Origin: Octopus sinensis
Taxonomy: Eukaryota
Reading direction: 5' to 3'
NCBI RefSeq assembly: GCF_006345805.1
Contig: NC_043012.1
Span: 16,554,001 to 16,618,000 of the forward strand
Length of the DNA: 64,000 bases
The notes under the pieces are model-generated. The model saw nothing but the letters and a program-made list of their open reading frames with translations, did no database searches and was not told where the DNA came from. Within the stretch, counting starts at the first letter, position 1; every line of letters begins with the position of its first letter. A program made the position numbers and the translations under genes. Shown piece by piece: positions 23,077 through 36,424 of this stretch.

Positions 23077-23634
23077 ATGCCCTGATGTAGTACCAAACAG
23101 TGACTCTCATGGCTTTAGATTTGAACTGATTGGAAGTGTTATCATGTACATTGTTTTTTGTCTTGGTATAAAAGATGGGCTACAGCAAATATTCTGCTCA
23201 ATACCACAGATTTGCTTGTCAGTTGTTTGACCTTAACCATTTGAGCATGTCCCTTAGTGGCTGACGATATGGGCATCTCTGATCACAAGCAGAAGTAGTT
23301 GGGGAGCATCATAGCCATGTGTTGAGAGGAATTCTTTGGGGTTTGAATAATTCACCTTTGGAAACATGGGTGTTTTGTTCAACATCCTTAAACAGCCTTT
23401 ATTCAATGACCTTTTGAGAGGGATGGGCTACTCGACCTGAAGAAAGCCCTAACTGGGCCCCACCTGCAAGGTCATGTGCTGCTTATCTTGATATCATATC
23501 ACTATGTCATGTACATATGGTTGTGATGCACTTTCCTGGTGTACCCTTATCAGCCGGGTAGTTATGATGTGCATACTGGACTTCGTAAATTTTACCCCAG
23601 TGTCACTTTGATGGCATGCATTGCTCTCACACTC
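23077..23634 (+). mobile_element. Unclassified non-coding element flanked by (TAA)n; second copy at 59075-59574(-)
   Basis: The two copies align over about 500 bp and both have TAA microsatellite on each side. Confidence 0.75.
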
Positions 23635-24463
23635 AATAATGATAATAATAATAATAAGCACTATGCTTACCTCCTATTCCTCAAGCCTGTGATCTTGCCC
23701 CCCTCCCCGTGCCACTGTATCATTGCTTTTGCTGGCTCCCCCCCCCCCACCGACATGTGTGTTCCACCCACATGTAACAAGAAAACTTGTCACTCACCCT
23801 ACCCCAACAAACCAACCTACATCTCCAAATCTCTTCCCTTCCTCCTCCATACACTATGTCTGGCTCTCATTCCCCAATCCTGTCCTCATGGCCCTATTCC
23901 TCTGTATCATTGCTATCCGGTAGCTCCCCCCCCCGACTCTATATATACCCAGGATTTTGCTACTCCTCTTCCCTCACACTCTTTAATCACACTTCCTTTG
24001 CCACTTATATTAAGGCATTCAAACCTCAAAGGTATGCCCTTGACGCCATCTATATCTCAAACAACCATCCCATTTATATTCTGATCCCTGACCCTTGTGA
24101 GTATGCCCGGCATTTTGCTACCATCTCTATCCTGCTGTCTCCCACTCTCTCTCTCCTTCTCCTGCACTTCCTTCAGGTTGGGTAACCATGTATTTCCTTT
24201 GTGGTAGCACACCTGTTTCTGTCTTCATTCCTGATTCTTTCTAATATTTGAGACCACGACCTGTTCACTGACAAAATTCCGTGCTGAACAGGTTGTGGTC
24301 TCAAAGTGACGAAAATATTTTGACAAATTAAATTTAAATGCTGAAGTGAATCTAACAGTTTTTGTGTGTTTCTTAAATGGCTTATAAACACCCTCCACAC
24401 TGCAATTGTTTTTGTTCCAGCACACGATCTCAGATCAGGTCACTTGCTATGAAAGTACATCTC

Positions 24464-24522
<59 letters not shown>

Positions 24523-25616
24523 ATAGCCAGTCCAGAACTGTTATAGAAAACTCTTGCTCAAGATGCAGTGGTGTGGAATTGAACCCAAAACCACATGGTT
24601 GAAAAGCAGGCTTCACAACTACACAACTGTGCCTACTGATGGTCTGAAATTCTGATTGAGATCCATTTATAAAAGTTTCAAGTTCATATCTTCCTGACAT
24701 TGTGTTTACGCTTCTGCCCTCCATTGTTGATTAAAATACGTAACAAAGCGTGAACTGAGAATGATTCTTTTGATCGTGGCCTTGTGGCTTTGTGGAGTAT
24801 CAATACTGATAGGAATAACTGTGATAAGGATGTAGAACAGAGATATTGAGGAACTTGATAAACTTCCTAAAAATAAATCGAAGACCTCTTTTATGACATT
24901 GCATATAAGTGCATGCACACACCCATTAGATACTCATAAACAATTTCACACACACACACGTATATACATATGTTTTGTGTCAAATTATGTATCGCTTATG
25001 TTTTACTTGTTTCAGTCATTTGACTGTGGCCATGCTGGAGCACCATTGTGAAGAATTTTTAGTTGAAGGAATCAACCCCAGGACTTACTTTTTATAAAGC
25101 CTGGTACCTATTCTATTGAGTTCTTTTGCTGAACCACTAAGTTGCAAGGATGTAAACACACCAACACCGGTTGTGAAGTGGTGGTGTAGACAAATATAGG
25201 TATGCATGCACTCACACACACTCAGTGGGCTTCTTTCAGTTTTCATCTAAAACTATTCACAAGGCTTTGGTCAACCTGAGGTTATAGTAGAAGACATTTG
25301 CCCAAGGTGCTACGCAGTGGGATTGAACCCGGCACCATGTAGTTGGGAAGCATCTTGGGCAAGTATCATGTTCTACATATCCTTGGGTTAAACCATATCT
25401 TGTGAATGAAACTGGATGGAAAAAATACTGAACTTGTAATACAGATGTTGAGCCTTGTCACACACCGTGTCATTATCAATTCCATCTGAGAGTTATATGA
25501 AAAGGATGTATGTGTCTGTGGAATATTCATCCACTTATATGTTAATTCAATGAGTCTGATAGTTAATCAATCAGTCGAAAATTCAGAGCTTGAAATTCTG
25601 ACCAACATCCATTTTA

Positions 25617-25752
<136 letters not shown>

Positions 25753-27188
25753 TCATTGAACACACACAATGCAAGTGCTTTGCTCGTTTGCTGGTCAGCT
25801 GTGAAATGATGCAGAGGAGATGGCTCTCTTAGAGTGTCAGGTGTTAAAACACCTGGTAGTTACAGTCATAGACTGGTGAGACAGCTCACCCTAAATCCCA
25901 TTCACGAACGATGGACATCAATGTTTCACCATTTTTGCGACTTATCAATATCACATACCTGAACCGTATCAGAGGCAGATTGTATAGCCTGTATGTGACT
26001 ATATATAAAATGATGTAAGAACCATCAGCACGTATGCCCCAACTTACCAACCACATAGTTCTAAGTTCAGTGCTTATCAACAACATGGTTCTAAGTTCTA
26101 AGTTCAGTCCCACTGCGTGGCACCTTGGGCAAGTGTCTTATACTATAGCCTCGCACTGACCAAAGCTTTGTGAGTGGATTTGGTTGACAGAAACTGAAAG
26201 AAGCCCATCGTATATATATATGTGCGAGTGGCACGTAAAAAGCAGAGAAATATATATGTGTATGTTTGTGTGTGCATATATACATACAACACACATGTAT
26301 AGCTACACACACACACATATTTATGTCTGTGTATATGTATGTAGTTACAGTTCTATTCACCCATTTACAAGCTCTTAAGTCAAGGTGAAAATGAAGCAGT
26401 GTGTAAAGAGAATAAGAAAATGTATTTACATTTGTTTACTTTCCACAGCATAGGTCTTGTAAACTGTAGTGTAATTGTATGAAATTAAACTTAACTGTAT
26501 TTGTGTAAGAACCCCATTTGGATAGAACACTGGTTTATAAGCCATCAAAAGAGCCTCTACATGGTTATTTGATTTGCTAAAAATAACAACTAAGTCTCCC
26601 TGAAATCTCATTTTGATGTTTTTATTTTTCATTCCTAATGCAAACATACATTGGATAATATAATCCTAAATATGGTATATCTGGAAAAAATTATGGGCTA
26701 TCGAAACTAGGAAGCATTGGATTATTGATCAGATCATTCAGTGCTGACCCCCAGTTAAACAGCAATAATGCTTGCCAATTTTACTAAGCTATTACTGCTT
26801 ATGGTGGTACCCCCATGGAACCATGTGGACAGAGCCATGATAAAGACATGTTGCAGTGTTGTGATGTAGATTTAACATCATCTTCATCACCATCATAATT
26901 ATAATAATAACAATCCTTTTTATTGTAGGCACAAGGCCTGAAATTTGGTGGGGGTGGGTTGATCAATTAAGTAGATCCTAGTGCACTACAGGTACTTGTT
27001 TTGTTGATCCTGAAAGGCAAAGATGACCTCGGTAACCTTTGAGTTCAAAATGTAAAGACAGACAAAATCCCCGAAAGGATGAAAGGCTCATTCAACCTTG
27101 GTGGAATTTGAACTCAGAATGTAAAGACAGATGAAATGCCGCTAAGCATTTTGCTTGGCGTGCTAACAATTCTGCCAGCTTGCTGCCT

Positions 27189-27449
27189 TAATAATAATAA
27201 TAATAATGATTTCTTTTTTTAATATAATAATAATAATAATAATAATATAATGATTTCTTTTTTAATAATAATAATAATAATAATAATAATGATTTCTTTT
27301 TTAATAATAATAATGATAATAATAATAATAATAATAATAATGATTTCTTTTTTAATAATAATAATAATAATATAATAATAATAATAATAATGATTTCTTT
27401 TTTAATAATAATAATAATAATAATGATTTCTTTTTTAATAATAATAATG

Positions 27450-27483
<34 letters not shown>

Positions 27484-27500
27484 TTTCTTTTTTAATAATA

Positions 27501-27531
<31 letters not shown>

Positions 27532-27540
27532 TAATAATAA
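27189..27540 (+). repeat. Compound (AAT)n-GATTTCTTTTTT tandem repeat
   Basis: Seven gatttctttttt blocks separated by AAT runs of varying length. Confidence 0.93.
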
Positions 27541-28178
27541 GGAATCTAATGTCCTCATTGTATATATCTCTACTAACATAGGCTGCAGAGGCTTTGCCAT
27601 GAATTACATCTCTGTTTGAATCTCTAAATATCCAATCCATCTTTTCATCCATCCGTCTTCATGGCCCACTTCCTCTTATGTGGGTGTGAGGGCAGGGTCA
27701 TCAGATGTACCTTCCTACGGGTCCTAACAGATAATACAAATATCCAAAATAGAAACAAAAAAGAATCCATTCCACTCATAATGCTGGCATTACAAAAATG
27801 CACGGAAAACATTAAAAAAATATGAGAAAACATCTATATAGATATATTTATATATATTTCTTTTATTTGACAAACGTTCATATATATATACATATATATA
27901 TATATGTATATAGATATGTGTGTGTATACACACACACACACACACACACCACACACACACACACATACATTTAAAGCTTGTTAAATAGATTACAAGTATT
28001 TTCAAAATAATAGTTGATTGCTACAAAAGTTTTGTTGTTTAACTCCCACAAGTTTGTCATGGTAGGAGTGAAACAATTGCACTTTTGTAACAATCAACTA
28101 TTATTTTTAAGATCTTTATAGAATACTTTGCTTTGAAGACATTGAGTTTTATTCAACTTTGAGTTTGTCTTGTTTTAA

Positions 28179-28400
28179 GCCTTTTGTCAATAAACCGCTT
28201 GAGACTGTTCTTGGTTCTACAATAAAAACTTCCTGTTGTGAAGTGATCTACATTAAACTCCCCCTCAAAATTTCATGTTTACTTATGCTCCAAACACCAG
28301 CTTAGCTCTGACAAAGTTATTCTATCAAATTCTTCATGATTTTGAAAACAAATTGAAACAAAAGTAATGTATTTGAACAGAAATATTAGTAAGTAAAGGG
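28179..28400 (+). mobile_element. Degenerate piggyBac-like MITE
   Basis: TTAA on both flanks (28175-28178, 28401-28404), right end aaaggg, internal similarity to 40921-41127. Confidence 0.5.
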
Positions 28401-28436
28401 TTAAATAACAAGCTAATCAATGTCTGTGAGTGAGTA

Positions 28437-28499
<63 letters not shown>

Positions 28500-29665
28500 T
28501 ATAGTTTTCATGAAGCATTGTCTGATATATTAATTGCTAGCAAGCACATAGTATTTCGTTTTGCAACCTTAATGTATTACCAAGTATATTAATGGTTTAC
28601 AAGTGAATACTTTGCTTTACTTTTGTGTTAAGAGTGCAATGTTCTTATTTTTAAGTTTATCTCTACAGATTTTCTCTAGAATTCAGAGCCAGACCTTAAA
28701 GTTACATTGCATATACAATGTGATTGAAGATAGGAAAAATAAGTAATGGGTGTAAGGAAAAATAAGAAATGAGTGTATATGAATATTTCAGGAGTTATTG
28801 CTCTCTCATCAGTGCCACATCCAACCCATCAATTATCCACAAACATGTTGCTAATATATATAAATGTTTTTGATATTTTTAAAAGCCAAACTAATGAAAG
28901 TTATAAAAAATTAATAATACTGGTTGATGGTTATTTACTATTACCTAGTATTTCAATATTTCAGGGTCAGAACCCCTTCTCCAGGAAAGCTACAGTAGAA
29001 AGGTGTTGAAAGCTGAAGAAGGGAGTCTTAACCATTACATATTGAAATACAAGGCACTAGTAATATTACTAATCATCAACATGTATTATTAATTTTTTAT
29101 AATTTGCATTGTTTTGGCTTCAAATAAAAATATTTAAAACATTCATACATGTATCTATTTTTACATACGTACACCAAGTGACCTAAACCAACCAAGAGAG
29201 GTTCATTACCTTGAAGACATCTTGAATTTCTCACTCTACTCATAACATCTGATGAGATGAATGTGTCCTACACCAGTGATTTCCATACTTTTTGGCATTT
29301 CTGCCCCCTTTACACCCAGGCCACATTCTTAGTGTCCCCACCCTAACTAACCATCACAAACATACACCTCTTTCTGAAGCAAATGCAAAGCAGCTGTATT
29401 TCACAATTAAGACTTAACGAACTCATTATTTTGTTGTTTTTACATGAATTGTTACCCCATTATCACCCCATTTTTCTTCAGTACACCCTTGAAAGTCCCC
29501 CCCCCCACCAGGGGAACAATATCCACCCACTTAATGATCCACTGTCCCACACAACCACATTATTTTATATATGTATGTATGTATGTATGTGTATGTATGT
29601 ATGTGTATATATGTATGTATGTATATATATATGTATATACATATGTATATGTATGTATCTATATA

Positions 29666-29868
29666 GTTAATCCAAACATGAAAACACAATGAGAAAACAC
29701 AACAACGTGAGGATGTGGAACAAGTATAGTGTTATTGGACGCTCAGGAAAGGAAAGAAAGGAGGATTTAACGTTTTGAGCGGAGCTCTTCGTTAGAAACA
29801 TAGAAAAAGGAAAGGTCCAAGGAAGGGAAGACGGAGAAGGAAAATTGCCAACGAAACGCACGCGGTCG
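29666..29868 (-). mobile_element. Penelope-like terminal fragment with decayed hammerhead-like motif
   Basis: Minus strand 29765-29799 reads GTTT CTAACGA A GAGC-TCC-GCTC AAAA CGT T AAAT; embedded in a TA/TATG microsatellite. Confidence 0.5.
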
Positions 29869-30561
29869 TATGTATGTATGTATGTATGTATGTATGTATG
29901 TATATATGTATGTATGTATGTATGTATATATCTATATATGTATGTATATATATGTATATATAGATATATATACACGATGGGCTTCTTTCAGTTTTTCTCT
30001 ACCAAATCCACTCACAAGGCTTTGGTTGGCTCGAGGCTATAGTAGAAGACACTTGCCCAAGGTGCCATGCAGTGTGACTGAACCCGAGACCATATGGTTG
30101 GTAAGTAAGCTACTTACCACACAGCCACTCCTGCGCATAAAAATTTTATGAATAATTTCTGGAGAAATTGACCAGCATATCTCAGCATTCATATCTTCAG
30201 ACTTTTTTTTTTTCTTTTTCTCTTTCATGATTCAAAAGTTTGAGTCCCACTGGCCATTGGTAAGGAAGATGATTAATAAAATTGCACCTATTCTATTTTT
30301 AGCATCAGATTCTGATTTAATTGTGGATTTCTCCGAGCACCAGATCTGAATTTTGTATATAAAAATCATAATAAAAAATATAACTGGATAACAAACAAAA
30401 ACCAAAATTAAAAAAAAGACAGGAAAATTGTATTGGGTTCTGTTCAGTTTTGTCATGTGAATGCTATTTGAATACCATCATCATCATTATTGTTTTTGTT
30501 ATTATTATTATTATTATTATCATTATATTATTGTTGTTATTATTATTATTATTATTATTAT

Positions 30562-30605
<44 letters not shown>

Positions 30606-33600
30606 AAAAATTATATAAACTAATCTCATTCGATGTCATTGGGGTTCAAATAATGATCCCTTTATCATAGACATCTGACCTTTGTGCATCCCTACATCAT
30701 CTCAACCATTTGATTTTGTATTGTTAAGGGTTCCATTAAGCTGTCTGTTGTGAGGAGAAGGAGGTTTTCGGCCATTTAAGGAGAAGCTGGTGAACTATAA
30801 TTTTCTGGCTCCAGCTGTTACAAGTTTATTCCTAAGTGTGTTTGTGTTCGAGTAGGGGGTTGCGGGGTGGGAGGGGTAATGGGGGGTTAAGTTAGGAGAA
30901 CAGTCGTGAGAGATGATGATGATGATGATGGTGATGTATTCTATCATTACTAATTTTAGATTTTCCACAGGATTTAATCCTCTCTGCCACCAACAAAAAA
31001 CAGAATGAACAAATAAGTGAATGAAAATAACCCCTCTGACCCTTTTCATTAATTCAATTACCTCTTTTGGGATGGCGGCGGCGGTGGTGGTGGTGGTGGT
31101 GGTGGTGAGGAGAAGAGATGAGTTAATTAGTTAATTAATTCTATTACAACTTTTGTAAGATGTGAACTTAACTTATACTTAAGATCGAATAAAAAAAAAA
31201 ACAACCTGTTTGACCTTGTTTGTGTCGTGTTACTATCTTAACTCTGAGTGGAGTTGACCCTTTTGACTGAGCCAATGATCAACAGCTTACTACTCCTTAT
31301 TTTTGTTTTTAGATATGGTTTGTGTAAAGATACATAATCTGATGGGCTTGCCAAGACATTGAGGTGAGGTGTAATTGGAAAGGGATTTAGCCTCTCTGTC
31401 TAGCAGTTTAAAAAGCCACATAGCAGCAGCCTCTTCTTTGTATATTTATGTGTGTGCATGTTCATATATGTGTGTGTATGTATGTGTGTGTGTGTGTGTG
31501 TGTATGTGTGTGTGTGTGTGTGTGTGTACTTGAATTCCCCACCTTACTATCATAGCATGGTAGTTCTATGTCCAAGGTTAAAAACCAGTAGTAGCACTAA
31601 ATGACCTCAATACCCAGTTTGCTCTGAGGTTAATCTTTCAAACATTGCTTTATCTCAGAGATAATTTATTTTGCATAAGTAATCAATTTTTTTTTTTAAA
31701 TAGTCATCACCACTGTTATCATCATCATCGTCGTCGTCATCACCACCACCATCATATTAATTTTCACTTTTCCATGCCTGGGTGGATCATTGAAGCAGAT
31801 TTTCGTCAGCCACATGTTCCAGTCACTGACCCATCACCTGTTTACACAAGCTTGGTAACATGGTTGCACATGGCCTGACATATTTTTGTAGTAGATTGAA
31901 AATGACCGATACAGCTACTACGATGGTGCTGCCCATTTACTTTGTACGACATGAGGGCAAAATCACACACACATATTCTTATTTATTTTCTGTCTTTCTG
32001 CCAGCTGTGGGTGCACAAAGTCTTCAGACAAGTTCAACTCAACCATAATAAAATGTTATTAATCTCCATTGTAAGGTGGTGAGATGACAGAATCGTTAGC
32101 ACGTCGGGCAAAATGCTTAGTGGTATTTTGCCCATCACTATGTTCTGAGTTCAAATTCCACCAAGGTCAACTTTGCCTTTCATCCTTTCAAGGTCGATAA
32201 ATTAAGTACCAGTTGAACACTGGGGTCGATGTAATCAACAAATCCCCCCCTCCCCAGCTGCCCTTGTGGCAAAAATTTGAAATAGTTATTAATCTCCACT
32301 GTGATATTGAGTACTCCATGGTCAACACTAAACACACACACACTCTAAACACATGCACTAAACACACATGGGCACACTAACACACACATACACACTAAAT
32401 ACACACATTCTAAACACACACATTCTAAACACACACACACTAAACGAACACACTAAATACACATGCATACACATATGCAATGAGCTTCTTTTGGTTTCGG
32501 CCTACCAAATCTTCTTGTAAGCCTTTGGCTGACCCAAGACTATTGTTCAAAATGTGCTATAATCTTCTATAGCCCTGGGCTGACCAAGACCTTGTGCGTG
32601 AATTTCGTAGACAGAAACTGTGTAGAAGCCCATCATGTCTGTATGTTTATTATCCTCCTCCTCCCAGATGCTTGACAACCAGTGTTAGTTTGTTTATGTC
32701 CCCGGAACTTAGTGGTTTGACTAGAGAGACATGAGAACAAGTACCAGATTTAAAAATTCTGTTCTGGTGGATCAGTTTGTTTTGCTAAAACCCCCCTTCA
32801 GGTTGTGTGCCCCAGTATGGCCGCAGTTCAGTGCTTGAAACAAATAAAAGCTAGAATATAAATGATAATGATAAAAATAATACAGTAGAGAATATAGTGA
32901 AGAATTTTTTTGACAAAAAAAATCTGGTCAGAAATTTTCTGAATGTTTTTACTCTTCCTCTTTGTATGTGTGTTTTATTTAGTTCTTTGTTTTCATTATA
33001 CTCCGTTTAGAAAGTATCTGTTGTTATTTTGAAAATGAATGTAGTTGTTGATGCCCTAGACTGCCTTCAGATAATGTCCTGGTTCTTTTGAAATATTAAA
33101 ATATAATGGAAAGATGTGTCTTTTTTTTATTTTTCGTCGCCCCCATCTCCCCCGCCTTCCTACCACTATAAGCCACAATAACAATATTATACAAAGAAAT
33201 GAACAGAACATGCATTCATCCTTTTGTAATCTCACCCAATGGGAATCTCTTGCATGTAATTCTGAACCAAATTATTAACACAAAAACTTTACTCACGAAA
33301 ATAACAACTAACAATGAAAAATACATCGGAATACCTGTTATTAACAATTCATCTTTTTGTTGTTTAATGGTTTCCTTTTATTTCACTTTATTCATTACAA
33401 TTAATTCATTCATTCTCGCTGCCTTTAAAACTTCAATCTTATGCTTATGTATATATATATATATATATATATATTCCTAATACAAATCTTTTGTCTTTCT
33501 ATTCCGGATATAAAAACTCAATGTTTAATGTTTTTTTGCTTTTTATGTCATCAGAGCCTAAAATGTAACTCGTATATATAATGAATAATTATTACGTATT

Positions 33601-34015
33601 CGGATATTCCTCATCTACAGCACTTGTACAGAACAATGTTTCTGTTTGATTCAGTGGTGGTGGTGGTGAGGGGGGGAGGTATTTCTTATTAAAGAATTAG
33701 GGATTAAAAAAAAATTTTTTTTTTTTTAGGTGGTGAAACATTGATGTGCTTAGGAAATAAAATGACAATGAAAAACATTTGTGTACAATGACTCACAATC
33801 TGTCCCTCTCACATGTCTTACGTTATTACATGTATATAATGTGTACATCTACAGTGTGAATGTGCGTGCGTGCATGTGTGTGTGTGTGTGTGTGTATGTG
33901 CGTGCATGTGTATGTATACAGGGTATACATATGTGTGCGTGTGGTGTAATATAGACGAGGGTATATATGTGTGTATAGTGTAATATGTGTGCATGTATGT
34001 GTGTGTGTATATATA

Positions 34016-34046
<31 letters not shown>

Positions 34047-34638
34047 GTGTGTATATAGTATATATGTGTATGTGTGTGTGTGTGTACATAGTATATATGT
34101 GTATGTGTGTGTGTAAATCTATATATAGTATATATATGTATGTGTGTATATATATATAATGTGTGTGTGTGTATCATTTGTAGAAAACATAAATTCGAAA
34201 GAAGCACACTCTAAGATGTAGAGCAGTATATATTAAAAATGGAGAAGGCCAGTTTATGGGATAACCTCTAGGTTTCCTGTCCCTAAAGGGTTTAGCTTTA
34301 TGGCATATCATCAGATCCCAAAAACCTGTTGGCCCATGACCTCTTCAAAGCATAGCAGCAGAGGCCAAAATGGTTTATGGGATCTGACGATACGCTATAA
34401 AGCTATACCCTTTATGGATGGGAAATGTATACATGTAAATGTATGCGTGGCTTAGTGGTTAGTATTTGACTCCTGACTGTAAGGTATTGAGTTCAATTCG
34501 CAGCTGTGTATTGTGTTCTTGAGCAAGACACTTTATTTCATTTTGTTCCAGTCCACTCAGCTGGCAAAAATGAGTTGTATCTGTAGTTCAAAGGGCCAGC
34601 CTTGTTACACTTATCCATCCAATATAAATCAACATATA

Positions 34639-35485
34639 TTGGGGGTCATCCTATGAATAATGCAGCCTTTTTATGCTTCTTTTATTTTTCAAAATTATGA
34701 TAAACAAAGTTCTTTTTTAATCTAAAATATACACTCCTTCATTTGCTACAATGCTCTTCCATCTCTCTTCCAAGGCTCCTCTTGTCTGTGATGAAAAATA
34801 CTCCTCCAGCACTTTTCTGACTTCTTCTACAGAATGAGTGAGAGGAGTTAAATGTCATGGAGCTGCAAAGCGTGCAGCACTGTTGGCCGAGCGGCATGTA
34901 TGTCGGGCCGGCGCCGGCAGGGCGTTGCGCAGTCGGCAGCAGCGGCGAGAGCGGCATGTCAGTGGGCTGCCGCACTGCTGCTACTGCGCTGTTAGAGGGC
35001 CTAAACAATGATTTTTGAAGAATGTGGAATAAATGATAATTTGATGGGGCAGCGAATATGGTGGGTGGGGCATCATTTGCCATTCAAACTGCTCCAGCCT
35101 TTCAAATGTCACCCTCACTGTACACAGCCGAGCGTTATCCTGATGGAAGAACGCCTTACATCTTAAAACTAAAGATGGTTGTGCTGACTGAAGCTGCTCA
35201 GGCTGCTCACAGTATATTTCCTTTGTTATTGTTTGGTTTGGGTTCAAAGTGGACTTAACCTTTCGTATCCCACCAAACAGGTAACAACACCTTACATGAG
35301 TGAAGACCTTCTTTAACCTGGGGTGCCTGTGTTTCTCCTTTCCCTACCCACTGTTTTCAGTGTTTGACATTTTTATAGGGAGCCCATTTCTTGTCACCAG
35401 TCAATGTTCAGTTCAAAAAAGGTTCATTTGTGAGATGTTACAGCAAGAAGAGCAATTAGACTCAGAAAGTTTCTGAGGAATATCT
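34639..35485 (-). mobile_element. Mariner (DD34D-type) relic, truncated
   Basis: TA then TIR-like ttgggggtcatcctatgaataatgc; LNPNQTITKEIYC...FFHQDNAR...HPPYS; homologous to 49029-50323. Confidence 0.88.
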
Positions 35486-35903
35486 GTTATTTATGTTATT
35501 TGCTTCCCAACCACATGGTTCCGGGTTCAGTCCCACTGAATGGCGCATTGGGCTGGGCAAGTGTCTTTTGTTATAGTCTTGGCTAACCAAAGCGTTGTCA
35601 GTGGATTTGGTAGACAGAAACTATAAAAGAAACCCACCATATATATGTATGTATATATTTGTGTGTCTGTGTTTGTCCCCCCACCACCTCCACCATTGCT
35701 TGACAACCGATGTTGGTGTGTTTATGTCCCCGTAACTTAGCAGCTTGGCAAAAGAGACCGATAGAATAAGTACTAGGCTTACAAAGAATACGCCCTGGGG
35801 TCAATTTGCTTGATTAAAGGCGGTGCTCCAGTATGGCCACAGTCAAATGACTGAAACAAGTAAAAGTAACCCTTTTTTTTTTCTTTTCTTTTCTATCTTG
35901 AAG

Positions 35904-36424
35904 GTCCCGATACTTTACTGCTCAATGAAGAAAATGCAGAAATCATGTCCGTATCTTGTAAGCCGTTGACATTTGTGATCCTGGGGCAAAGCATCTACAC
36001 CAAAAGCTGCATTGTCAATGAAATAATAGAAGAGGACATCCTTCCAACGTTTGATTGCAATTACGACGATGAACTAATCACGCGGGAACTCCTCATCAAG
36101 TATGGTGAGGTGGCTTGCGCCACTTTCATTCTTTCCTATGGTTACACCGTTATTGAAGGTCTCCAAGGTAAGAAGGACAGCCACCACATGCAGGTTCACA
36201 AAGATGACATCGTTATCAATAGAGAAGAGGTTACCACAGACAATGATACATTCAGTACTCTTGAAATCACGCTGGATGATAAAATACTGAACTCTGGAGC
36301 ACAAATCATCGTAGCACCGAGCAATGTCCCCACGGAAGAAATGGAAGAAATACTGAAGAATTACATGGAAAATGTTCTGCCTGTATTTATATTCACATTC
36401 AAGGGTAAAACGCTTTCTGAAAAG
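35904..36424 (+). CDS. DSTYK: DSTYK coding exon (first one identified)
   Basis: Pyrimidine tract then ttgaag acceptor; reads (G)[28 protein letters not shown]...FKGKTLSEK; donor AAG|gtaagc, phase 0. Confidence 0.88.

Noticed and set aside
23539-24185. 181-aa and 132-aa Pro/Leu-rich ORFs
   Set aside because: They start in a repeat and run through C/T-rich low-complexity sequence; no domain is recognisable.
24247-24305. 21-bp inverted repeat with one mismatch
   Set aside because: Real but short, with no family or functional context.
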